Shown here piece after piece: positions 13,801-25,900 of a DNA stretch of 64,000 bases. The notes under the pieces were generated by a model, which saw only the letters and a list, made by a program, of their open reading frames with translations, ran no database searches and was not told where the DNA came from. The stretch is taken from contig JBHGNT010000003.1 in the NCBI GenBank assembly GCA_043228905.1, forward strand, positions 17,980,001 through 18,044,000, written 5' to 3'. Both the position numbers and the translations under genes were made by a program. Source of the stretch: Azolla caroliniana (lineage: Eukaryota > Plantae > Polypodiophyta). Position 1 is the stretch's first letter. Each line of letters starts with the position of its first letter.

Positions 13801-16800
13801 CTATAAGACCAAATAAGAGATTACATCTTGAGTGTTGTCTCATCTTTGAGAACAAATCAAAATAAAAAAAATATTACACAGTAAATATAAAAGTAAATAA
13901 GATGAAAAGAGAAGAAACGAGGGAATTTGGTTTTTGGCACATGTAAGATTCTCAAGTTAGGTATATTGTAGCTTTTGTCTTCGAAAGATCTCTAGCATAG
14001 GTCGATCCAAAATGGAAATGTCTCCGAACCGAGGGAAGCACCTACGATGGCTGGAGATAATGGCTTTTATCTGTCGATGACAAGGGTGTCGAGGTCGTGG
14101 TCCATGGGGCCGGGGCCTACATGCTCGGCAAATTGCTATTGCCCGATCAATTGTAACCCCTTTGTTATGTCCTGGTCTGGAGCCCATTTGTGTATCCTGT
14201 GATGGACTTGTCGCATTAGTAGGAGTGATGGGGCTAAAGAAAGTTGTGATTGTTCTTTGTGGATGAGCTTGTGTGGCTGTATTCTTCAACAACTTTTCCC
14301 GATGTCTCTTGAGCTCTAGCAAGAAAAGTGCTAGGCATCTTTGGTCCTCATATTCCATTACCTTGCGTAGTGGGCCAAAGCCTTGTTTAAAGAGGCAATG
14401 GTATCTCCCTCTGATTTCATAAAAGACACTACAATGACAAACATAGTGTTCCTCAGATTCCACTCCTTGATGACACAATTGGCAAATTCTCTCTTCTAGA
14501 GGTAGTCGTGTATATCTGCCTACCTCAATTTGTAGCTGATGTGATGAGGTTCGCAACTGCCCTATCACACTACGCAGAGCATAGGATAGATGTATGTCCA
14601 TATAAGGTGGCCTGATGACAAATCCATCCTCCGATGTATGTAAGAAGTGCGTCTTATAGTGGGCCATCTTTGTACCAAGTGGTATTTTGGGGCTGATCCA
14701 TGTTATCTTGTTTTCTAGTTAATAATATCAGTTCAGATCACTCTATTCTTTTCCACTTTGGTCATATTTAGGTGGGGACAGACCAAACTATATTGGAACG
14801 GGGGTAGTGCATTTATACTCTTGCCATGTGACTCGAACCATTGCTGCATTTCAGCATACCAACAATGAGTGTCTCCATTTTCAGCCAGTTGTCTTGATGA
14901 CATAAGTGCCAACCTTGGGTACCTTCGTTTAGGGAGCTCCCGAAAACGTTGGATAAATGTCATTGATCGGAACAATGCCTCGGTTATATTAGGTGTTGCT
15001 CCCATCTCTACCCGGATTATATCGTGGGGCACCGATGCTTTGCTCCTTATCATGCGAGCAATCATTGACACTAAAGGTCCCTCTAAATCTTTCCAATGAT
15101 TTGCCTTGTTAAGAAAGACTCGGTCCCCATGTTTCTACTCCATAGAGAAGAGTTGGTGTGACAAGTGTATCAAATAACCATCGCTTAGTCCGTGACTCTT
15201 GGAACTGCAAATGTGCACATTGTCTCTCGAGAGCACCAAGGGCTGCATATCCACGAGAAAGTCGGGCACAAGCAGCCTCCTGTAAGTAGAACCTAGGTCC
15301 TTTAAAAGTTCAGTTTAAACAGTTTCGGTTAAAATGTTTCCATGGTTTAATTAGTTCCATTTAAGTTTCAAATTTTTTTAAACAGTTTGAGTTTGAGACT
15401 CCCAAACAAAACCACTGACGATGGCTACATATCATCCAAAGTATATGAGAATAAAACCACGTCATCGGCATATAAGAGTATAAAAATAAGCTCTTGCATG
15501 ACTTTTGGGCCATCTAATCCTTCTTCTTTTGCAGCTTTGTTTACAATTTGTTCAAGTTTATCAATGTATAGACCAAAGATTGTGGAGAGAGTGGAAACTC
15601 TTGCTTGACCCCCATGTTGCTCGAGAGGAACTTCGAGCAAACACTATCCATTTGCAATTGGCATCTAATTTGCACATACAATTGTACTAAAACTACTCTA
15701 TACTCTAATGGCATTTTGATATCCAAGTTTTCCTTGAAGTCGACTTTCATCTATAATTACACAAACGAAAACCAAATGATCGACAATGGAATGTTTTGGT
15801 CTAAAGCCTACTTGACCAAGTGCTCGTTTTGATGATGTTCAGCCCACAAGCTAATCTTTTGTTCCATTATACTACTATATAACTTCATCATACCCGAGCT
15901 AACCATGATAGTTTGACATGTTAATGAGAGAAAGATGTTATTAACATATATAATGAGCCAACATTCAACTCAAGTGAACTACACTACATGTTACTTGATA
16001 TATTAACTTTATCTCACAAGCCCGAAAACAAGAAGAGGTTCTTACTTGTTCCATAATCTGATCGCAAGTCAGCAAATGCTCCGTTAATGTCTTCACATAT
16101 CTCTGATATTTTTCCTCTGTCTATGTCCAAGTAAAAGTACCATTATCATAATTTTTATTTCTACATCCAACAATGTAAACAGGAAGTTTTATCAAGTATT
16201 CGAAAACATAAAAACACCAAAACAAACCTCTGACTTCATGGCTGATTCAAGATCTGTGAACCACTTGTAAAACTGCAATTAACTTGTCTCACGAGTTAGT
16301 GCAAGAGCATGAAATTCAATAGCTAGATGTATCATCCAGTAGAGAGAAAATACTTGTGCATTTAGGATATCCTAATGCCCATATGATATCCATATCAATT
16401 GCTTGTAGGGTAGAATATTGTATATGATATAATAATGTTTATACATACACATGTATGTATATACACACATCATAGTTCCCAGAAATTCTCAATTTAGTGC
16501 TGGAAAAAGATATGGAAGTTTCCCTACATTTTGTTTCCTACAGCCCAGAAAATTTGGAGCTTTTTCCAAGTTTTTTCGACAGTGTTTGGAAGAATATTCG
16601 TGGTTTTACTGTGAAGAGAAATCATAAACATTAAATTTTTCAACATGAACTTGCTATTTATCCCCTCAGATTATCTCATTTAACTTAATTGAGTTCAATT
16701 GTGTAATCTCCAATTTATGATGGTTATGGTGAATCCAGATATTAGCAAGTTTAAGAATAACGTAATCCAGATCACATACAAATAGAGCTAAAGATAAAAG

Positions 16801-19091
16801 TGCACACAATGCACATATCTTACAGTAAGTACACTGAATATCTTCAGCATACCTGATGGCTGTTAAGTAGGACTACTTCAGTGGGAAATGCATTATGATG
16901 TGAAGCTTCATCTGATGCAAAGGAAGCATCAGAAAAGTGTCCATTCAAAGACTCTTCAACCTGTATGATATAAAAGAATAAACATTTGTTAAAAACACAT
17001 ACAAATGTTGTATAAGCTAACTTATAAGACTTTGTTATTGTGGTAGCCAACTTTCTTTCGAATAGTAAAATGCAGGAAACATCGCATCGAGAAAGGACTT
17101 ACATGAGAAGGAATTGGCCGCTCTGCAAATGTTTGAGCAACAGCTGCAACAGCTGCTTTTTGTCCTTCTGTCAATGGAGCATTCTACAAAACACAAAAAC
17201 GAATGATAAGGAAAATATAGCTAGCTTGGCATGCCGCAAAAATGACCTGAATAAGCATCAAATATTGTACATGTCTTTCTGCCATCCTCATCGAGAGTGA
17301 GACGATTAATCTCTTCTCCTACTCACAGAAATGGCTTATCCATTGATAATGGAGCATGAAGAGGTCTAGACCCTAGTCAAGGAATATGGTGCATGTATAC
17401 ACACATGACCAAAAAACATGAGATTAAGGGGGGAGCAGCATATGCTGACAGTAATGATTACCTAGTGCATCAATCAACCACAACTTCCTGACCATAAAAT
17501 TCTGTCAAAGTGAAGTCTCACATCCACTGATATAGCTATTTTCACTGCCAATGGGTTCCCAACATGTCTCGTTATCTATTCCAGAACTTGAAATGTAGTC
17601 CAGAGGATGCAGCAGATGGGGATGAAATCAGCATTTAGTGCACCATTGGGTTCCAGAACGACAACACACCTGCTGCCTTTCTTCATCCCCACACCCATTT
17701 CTACTCAAGATCATGTCTGCCTTTCATTGGAGACACCATCTCTTACACATGCACTGCAAACATCATACACCACCATTCCCTTCACACATGAGGTACCCAA
17801 TATATGCTCATCTGAGGCTCACAATGGGTGTTTCCTTTTTCATCCATTCACATCACAATCCACATTCACAACCCAAATACTATCTATCATCCATACATCA
17901 ATCATCAGCCACTTCCCATACACTATACACATGGAACATACTCCTCCCCAAAGGACTATGCTGCAAAAACAATGGTATGGTGATGTGTAGAGATATTCAC
18001 TAGGAGAAAATACAGAGAGGGAAGTTAGACAACAGATGAGCTTCTTACATGCCACAAGAGAAGGGACTTGATGGATGCACCATCTACTCATGAGTATGGA
18101 TAGCACTGTAGCATGGCACAATATCATGTGATGATTATGCAAAGTTGATGGCAATTTCCAATACCGTTAGCACCCAAACCACAACCTTCCAGCTCTGACT
18201 TCTTCACTCCAGGCATGGTAGTGTGATATTTGGCCCTTGCAACAAGATAGGTCTGCAGCCATAAATGGTTGCAGAGTAAGCACTTCGTCTATGCAGCCAT
18301 CACTAAATCATTGCTTCAACTGGATCAAGGAGGAGGGATTCCCAGACTGTAGAATAGACATACAATAGTATCTATTCACAAATCCGGTGATTCTAACATC
18401 CAGGGGAATCAGGACAATCACGATCAACCACACCCAAAAAATACGTGTAACGGTACTTGAAGTGGAGCTCAACTCATATGCAAAAAGAGAGAGGATTTGG
18501 AAGCCCCTGAGACTGGCCAGGCTAGTTTTTAGACGAGCATTCGCCACCCTAGATCTTATCTTTCTTTCCCCTGTTATCAGAGATCGTATAGGATGCCACC
18601 TAGATTGAATACCTTCAGCCTTATAGGTCATTTTGTTCCTTTGAATCCTGAGGACGAAAATACATCATCATTATCATCTCTTTGTCTCTGCTAGGTGGCC
18701 AATCATTGACTTCCCAAGGACGATAATGCATAATCATCAACATCATTTATCTCTTAAAAGTGATCAATGACTGGCTTCCTGAGGACAATAATACATCAAA
18801 TTCATTACCATCATCAGTTCTTTGTCTCTCTGAGGTGATCAATCATCAGCTGCCGTGGAAAATAATACGCCTTTCTATCTATCTATATCATTTATCCCTC
18901 AGGTAGTCAGTCAATCGGCAGACTTCCAGAGGACAAAAATACATCATACCCCTCTGTCTCCCTTAGGTAGGTAATCAAACCCTTTCTGTATGAAGAGGAG
19001 AAAAGAGTACCTGATCCCAAGTGGATGCGAAAGTGTAGCCTTTGGAAACAGCAGCAGGTCTTGCAGCAACAGTCGGAACACGAGCTGCCAT
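4845..19091 (-). CDS. COG3: Conserved oligomeric Golgi complex subunit 3 (Sec34 family), 24 coding exons in window, 3' end outside window
   Basis: Manually spliced exons (minus strand, all GT-AG, phases consistent): 19011-19091, 17103-17183, 16853-16960, 16228-16272, 16046-16120, 13410-13505, 13184-13261, 12147-12232, 11964-12030, 11333-11395, 10412-10519, 10228-10332, 10040-10132, 9729-9817, 9442-9661, 8938-9027, 8732-8848, 8624-8656, 8447-8533, 8260-8322, 8001-8117, 7814-7906, 6127-6237, 4845-4945. Total 2207 nt, no stops. Translation includes [123 protein letters not shown] and [19 protein letters not shown], which match plant COG3 as I recall it. The last exon ends in phase 2, so the terminal exon is left of position 1. 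Confidence 0.96.
5365..5822. mobile_element. Possible old AT-rich MITE
   Basis: Ends CATAGTTGTAAC / TTAACAACTATAG are imperfect inverted repeats; internal ~43-bp tandem duplication at 5376-5454; no TSD found. Confidence 0.35.
6475..6552 (+). mobile_element. Isolated LINE 3' tail (hairpin plus microsatellite)
   Basis: GATGTAATCTCTTG..AGGCCATTTTGGCCTCTTAAAAGACGTTAATATATCTTTCTTTC is near-identical to 3201-3275. Confidence 0.8.
13748..15890 (-). mobile_element. RTE-X-like LINE (copy B) with RT fragment in COG3 intron 5
   Basis: ORF 13957-14667 is nearly identical to 2366-3073. RT motifs NMGVKQ, FGLYID and LLYADDVVL; same 3' hairpin; (TTTG)n tail; interrupted at ~15305-15422. Confidence 0.88.
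18650..18980. repeat. Imperfect tandem repeat, ~5 units of 65-75 bp, in COG3 intron 1
   Basis: GAGGACRAWAATACATCA..TGTCTC..AGGT..CAATCA..ACTTCC-like units start near 18650, 18716, 18781, 18855 and 18929. Confidence 0.6.
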
Positions 19092-20534
19092 TCTGCAGAT
19101 CTAAACAAGCACACACACCCACACCCCTCTGTGCAGGACAGTGTTTTGGTAGCTCTGTCTGTAGTTTTTCTTTTCTTTTCTACCTAGTCTAAAACAAAAG
19201 TTACAGATTTACAAAACTAGCCCCTACAAGAGTTTTGGTATTGTTTAATGTCTTTGCTTCTTCCTTTTTTAATTCCTCGCTTAAAACTAATAAGCCCCAA
19301 ATCCTGAAAATATACAAATTTAGTCTCGCTATTTTACATTCTTTACATTACAAATGAGGCCACACTCATCAATCTTAAGCATTGCATTGCATTGCAATTT
19401 GCGATGTGGATCTTTGAGAAAGAGTTGCACGTAATCGCCCCAGTTATTATTCGTAAATACTTTGAACCAAAACTAAGTCGCCAATTGCAAGTTTTATAGC
19501 AAAGAAATAACAATTGCATAGATAGATATAACGGTATTGGTAAGGTTGTCCAATAGAGACCAGAAGGTCATGCATTAAACCCCTACATTCTTTAGTGGCA
19601 TTTAGCCAATAAAGAAAAATATGTATGGTATAATATATAATAGAGAAGTGTAAAAGTTGAGCCTTAAATTCAACCCCTGTGATTAACAATATAACAACTT
19701 ATGACTATGGTAAGCTAATTACAATAAATAATGCTAGCAACATAGGGTTATTTCAATGCATTTTTCCTTACTCAAATGTTGATTTTCCTTTCGATGCATA
19801 AAGTAACAAAGCATTATTGACCAGTTTTTTGTAAATCATACAAATGCTTTTGTATATTTCTGTGAGATTTGTTGCCTTCAGAAATATTTCCAGCAATAGA
19901 GTTCAATATTTCTTAAACATTCCATACGAATATGGGAAAGAGGTGCACACATTGCCCATGGTTAGAAACTTTTGTATAAAGAATTAATTCTAAGGGCACC
20001 AATGAAATAAAAGTTACTCTTCAAGGTTAAGTTTTCGTTCTATGCATGAAATAGTAAGAAGATAGGATATCATTTAAAAAAATTGCATATTCCCATTAAA
20101 CTTTTGTCATCTATCGAATGAGTGTAAAAGACAATAAGGTCAAAATATAAAACTAATGGAACAAATAGACATGCTTGATTATGTTGCATGACTAGTTTTG
20201 GTATGATAAGGATTGTTGATCAAGCAACCCAATGAATAAATATTTGCAATGTCTGGGTACACAACGGTTAACACTTTGAAATGTTCCAAGCAACCCAACT
20301 CAACCTCAATGTTGCAAAGTGCCCATTCACAAAGTCCAATGGGATGTTGCTCAAACATATATTTAGCGAAGACATTGTGCTTTACCAAGGCAAGGTGAAG
20401 GTGTTGGCATAAAACGATGTCTCCTTCCAATTTGTATCCTAGTGTGAACTCGTCCAAAGAGTTAGGGTTTAGTATATAAGCAATAACCTAACATTGTAAA
20501 GAAGCACCACTTGATCATCTTGTAAATCAAGTCT

Positions 20535-20571
<37 letters not shown>

Positions 20572-22484
20572 TGCAATAACAGAGCTTCCATTAAAGCTTA
20601 AACCGTGTTTATCTTCTGTTATATCTTCTTGCCTCTATTCAGTGTAGTTTGCTGAATAGATACGACAGGTCCTCACACACACTTATGTTTCCGCGCATAT
20701 CTGCCCACAACTAGTATCAGAGCGACTTGTGGTTGGGCAACAAGCAACAGAGAAACTGAAAGGAAAAAGACCAAGTCAGTAAAATCTCACTTTCAAAGAA
20801 GAACATGGCTTCAACATCCGGAATTGGAGTTGAAATCAGAAAATTCAATGGCAAAAACTTTGCACTATGGAAGGAGATGATGCAGGATGTGTTGATCATC
20901 AGAAGACAAGTCGAAGCCATTCAACACAGTGAAAAACCTGCCTCGATAACAACCGAAGAGTGGAGATCTACAGACGAAATTGCACACTCCACCATCCGAA
21001 TGCATTTGGCCGAAAACGTCTACTTTAGTATGGCAAAAGAGACAATATCGTTCTCATTGTGGGAGAAGCTACAAGCTATGTACGAGAAAAAGTCCCTTCA
21101 TCTTCAAAACCGATTCTAATTGAACAACTGTTAAACATGAAGATGAGAGAACCCGATCCAACTACCTCCCACATCAACACCTTCAGTCGGGTGTTGTCAG
21201 AACTCTCCTCACAAGGATTAACTTCGAAGAAGAAGTGAAAGCCCTTGCCCTTCTATCGAGCTTACTGGCGAGTTGGGATGTATTCTGCACGACGTACGCC
21301 AATTGCCAACCAATCCTAAATTTAGATGAGACGATCGGCCAAGTCCTCACCGAGGACATTCGGCGAAAATCGATGGGACTCACCATCGACGAATCGACAG
21401 AAGCCCACCACTTGACCGAGTTGGTCGACCAATTGAGTCGATCAAGAGAACAAGCTGACAGAGCCGGTCGAAACCATAGTCGATCGAAAACAAGGGGAGA
21501 CCGACAACAGTCGAAGTCGAGAATGGGCCGATCAGTTGAATTCTGCACACATTGTAGAAAAGTTGGCCGCAATGTTTCTGACTGTTGGTCGATCAAGAGG
21601 AAAGATAGTGGTCGGCGATTTGAGCGAAATCGAGGATGACCCAACTCGGACCACTCTCCTACATGCAACCAAATCAATGTTGTCGACACCCGATCAGGAG
21701 AAATCCTTTCCTTAGAGGACTCGATGATCGGAGAAGTCCTCTACAATGCACAAGATGCACACACGTGGTTACTGGATTCCGGTGCCACATTCCACGTGAC
21801 CCCCAACATCGAATGGTTTTCAAACTATTTGGCCAATGCCAGTGGCACAATCCAACTAGGCAATGGGTAGTAGTACAGAATCGCAGGGACCGGAGAGGTT
21901 CCCATCCAATTTCCCAATGGCAACATGATCACCCTGCACCAAGTCTGGCACGTACCTGATCTGAAAAGGAATTTGGTCTCCATTGGCATGTTAGCCGAAG
22001 ATGGGTACCGAACGACTTTCAATGAGTCAACATGGATGATCAACCGTGGAAATTTGAAGATTGGAAGCGGGCACAAGTACAACAACTTGTACCCATTGAT
22101 GGCGGTCAATCTAGATAGGGTCATGAAAGTAACTGAAAAGACCGAGCCGAACTTATGGCATGGCCGACTCGGCCATATGTCTCAAGCCAGACTTGATCGG
22201 CTAAACTCCAAGTTAAGACGGACTTCTGCGAGCATTGTCGATACGGGAAATAGACCCAAAGTCCGCACTCTCTCCACTACGAGACAATACGACAACCCCT
22301 AGAGCTCGTGCACATAGATATATGTGGGCCTATGCCAAAGTGATCACTAGGAGGCTCCTGGTACTTCATCACATTTGTAGATGATTGTACATGGAAGGTA
22401 TGGGCGCACTCCATCAGGTCCAAAGACGAAGCGCTCACGGTCTTCACTTGGTGGACAACTGAAGTGGAGAACCAGTCAAGATAA

Positions 22485-22929
22485 TATCATGATATGACAA
22501 GACTCGAACCCATGACCTTATGTTACATGGGTCGAGCTCTTACCATTAGGCTATATATTGTAATACAAAAGATATTATTTTCATTTAAGTTTTACTATAG
22601 AAAATTGATGTATATTCCAGATTTCTCTAGAACATTCTAGAAACTTCAGGAGTACTCCTGAGAACACTATAAAAGGAGGCACAAGGCATTATTTCGAACC
22701 AAATCAGTTCAACACCAGTCTTAAGCCTCCTAACTACTATTGTATATTCCCTTAACATAATATATATCTTTTGTTATCCTCATTCTTTCTCTCTCTCTCA
22801 CTCACTCTTTCATTCTCTCGAGAGTTCTACACCTCCCTTACTACTAATCCTCATCTTTTAGTACTAATTCCTTCTCTGTCTTACTACTGTTCCTAACAGT
22901 ACTTCTCTGTCTTAGTACTGCTCCTGACA
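22485..22929 (+). repeat. Gypsy 5' LTR
   Basis: Direct repeat of 27723-28159; TATA-like CTATAAAAGG at ~22667. Confidence 0.93.
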
Positions 22930-25900
22930 GTTTGAACCGATTTTCTCCCCTTCCTTCTCTTCCTTTATCTTCTTACTTCTCCCTCCCTTCATACTAATCT
23001 CTTATTCCTCTTTTCTCTCATACTATGGCCACTGTTAGCACTCAAGAATATCAATTTGTTTTTTCGGAGTTGCAATGCTTGAAAGAGAAGTTTCTCGCAC
23101 TGGAACAAGAAAATCAATGACTGTTGGGGGAGCTTCAACAAATCTCCTTAGAGAAGCAGCAGACGCAACAACAACATAGGGAACTAGCGTTACGCGTGCA
23201 ACAGCTCGAAGCAACCATAGTAACAATGCAACAACAAGGACCCAATACACAAGGGGTTCATAAAGAACCCAAGATCGGCCTTCCCATGAAATTCGATGGA
23301 ACCCGATCGCAGTTTAGAGGATTCCTTAATCAGGTACGATTAGTCATTCAAATGCATCATTCTCGATATCCCACCGATGCATCACGAGTGGGACTAGTAG
23401 GCACTCTACTTAGTGGCGTGGTTCGTCCCCCTATTAGAAAAAAGCTCTCCCTTGTTAAATAATTTCGAAGAGTTTATTACCGAGTTTAAAGCCTGTTTTG
23501 GAGATACCGACAGTGTTAGAACAACAATCAACAAAATCCGAAGATTGCGCCAAGGTGAGCGGCCGACCTTGGCTTATGCTGCGGATTTCCGTCTTCTTGC
23601 CACCGATATTCCCTGGGATGACCAGGCACTAATGGAGCAATTTCATTTTGGCCTATGTAATGATGTTAAAGATTTACTCTTAACTTTCCTCGAGGAGCCA
23701 AAGTCATTGACAAAAGCAATCAGTCGTGTGGTGTGATGCAATAATCGCCTCTTCGAACCACATTCGGAATGTTAGTTCCAAATGCCAATGACAAGATCGG
23801 AGCCCACCTACGCTTCAATCGTAGCAAAGCCTTTCCCAAGGAAGTCATTCAATATGTCTCCAACAAATACTCCGACTCCAATGGAAATCGACACCACATG
23901 TCGTTGCGGACCACTATCGGAAGAAGAAAAGCAGCGACGCAAGACAAATCGATTATGACTTTATTGCGGTGGACCGGGGCATATTGCAGTGAACTGTCCC
24001 CATCGGCCAAAAAGGCAGGTAAATCAAATAACCGCTAGTACTAATAGTACTAAACTCGAGTCTATTTCTCTAGATGTGTCTGATAGTCCTAACAGCCCAA
24101 GCCTTTCAAACAAATTTGAAATCCTTAGTCAACTAGAAGAAGAGTTAAACAATTAAGTCTAGCCAAAATAGGAGCCATTTAGTTGGACAACCCTAGATCT
24201 ATGCAGCCCATTAGTGGTTCCATTTCCTCTAAGCAAGTTAGCAATGTGGTCTTAGCTCAAGTAATGGTTAGTACTAAAAGTACTCCTCCAGTACATGTCT
24301 TAGCACTCTTAGATTCCGGAGCCAACTCTTGCTTCATGGATAGGAATTTTGCCCAAGCTCATCAGATATCCCTAAAAAAACTCCCGTGTCAAGCCTTTGT
24401 AGAAGTCATTGATGGTCATCCTATTGCTTCCAGAAATATTATAGAAGATTCTGAACCCGTTAATATTGTCCTAGATAACTTAGTGTGTGTAGTATCATTT
24501 AATATAATTAGTATCCCAGAACATCCCATTGTTTTGGGATTACCATGGTTTGAATTACATAACCTAGCCATAGATTGGAGAACAAGAGAAATACGGTGTC
24601 GACAAACCCAAGGATCTACTCATAAAATTGCAACCATTTTGCTACATCAGTTGCGTGAGGAAGGATGCAAGGAAGAAATGTTTCTCATCGCAATATCAGT
24701 AAACCCCTCCGGTATCAATAAAGAGGAGTTCACCGTTCAACTTCCAAAGAAGTATCGTCACTATGCTGATGTGTTCAATAAAGTACGAGCCAATACGCTT
24801 CCTCACCATCGACTGTATGATTGCCCCATCGATTTACAACCGGGAAAAGAGCCACCATGGGGACCGATCTACAATTTGTCACCAACCGAGCTAGAAGTTC
24901 TTCGAGCCTATATAAAGGAGAATTTGGCAAGTGGTTTCATTCGACATTCGAAATCTCTAGCCGACGCACCCATTTTCCTCGTCAAGAAAAAGGATGGATC
25001 ACTTTGTCTCGTCGTAGATTACCGTGGATTGAATAAAGTCAACATCAAGAATAGGTATGCACTTCCCCTTATCTCAAGTCTTTTAGAACGGATCAATGGT
25101 GCTAGGTTCTTCACAAAGATCGACTTAAGAGGAGCATATAACCTCGTACGGATCTGACCAGGAGATGAATGGAAATCTGCGTTTTGCACCACATATGAGC
25201 ACTTCGAGTATACGATCATGCCATTCGGCCTCACTAATGTGGCAACAGTCTTCCAACAAATGGCAAATGATATATTCCGAGATCTCTTGGATGATTTTTT
25301 GATCATCTATTTGGATGATCTGCTGGTTTATTTGAAGATCCAAGAAGAGCATGATTCTCATGTACTATTAGTACTAAAATGACTTCGAGAACATGGTCTT
25401 TATGCAAAGCTAGAAAAATGTAGTTTCGGGTGCAACCAAGTAGAATTTTTGGGCTATGTCATTTCCTCGGAAGGCATCTCCATGGATCCAGTTAAGGTCA
25501 AAACGGTAGTAGAGTGGTAGACTCTACATTCGTTGCGAGATGTGCAATGCTTTTTAGGCTTTGCCAATGTTTACCACAAGTTCATACAACTCAAAGCTTG
25601 TTCTCCCTCTCACACAACTTACCAGGACGAGACAATCGTTCGTTTGGTCTGAAGAAATAGACATGGCTTTTGAGAGTCTTAAGAAGGCATTTACATAAGC
25701 TCCTATTTTAGCTTATGTTGATCCAGAAAAACCATTCATCATTGAAGCAGACGCGTCGGATTTCGCCTTGGGTAGCATTCTGTCTCAACAAGGCAATGAT
25801 GAAAAGCTACATCCTGTGGTTTTCCATTCACACAAGTTTGACACTGCGGAAATCAACTATGAAATTCATGATAAGGAGCTATTAGCAATAGTGGACTCTT

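Noticed and set aside
17300-18640. ORFs of 104-127 aa in COG3 intron 1
   Set aside because: No recognisable motif; possibly decayed TE, but I cannot support a call.
22494-22555. tRNA gene calls for the A/B-box cassettes (also 32341, 34232, 57145)
   Set aside because: No convincing acceptor or anticodon stems, and they lie within LTR-type repeats; reported as tRNA-like cassettes only.
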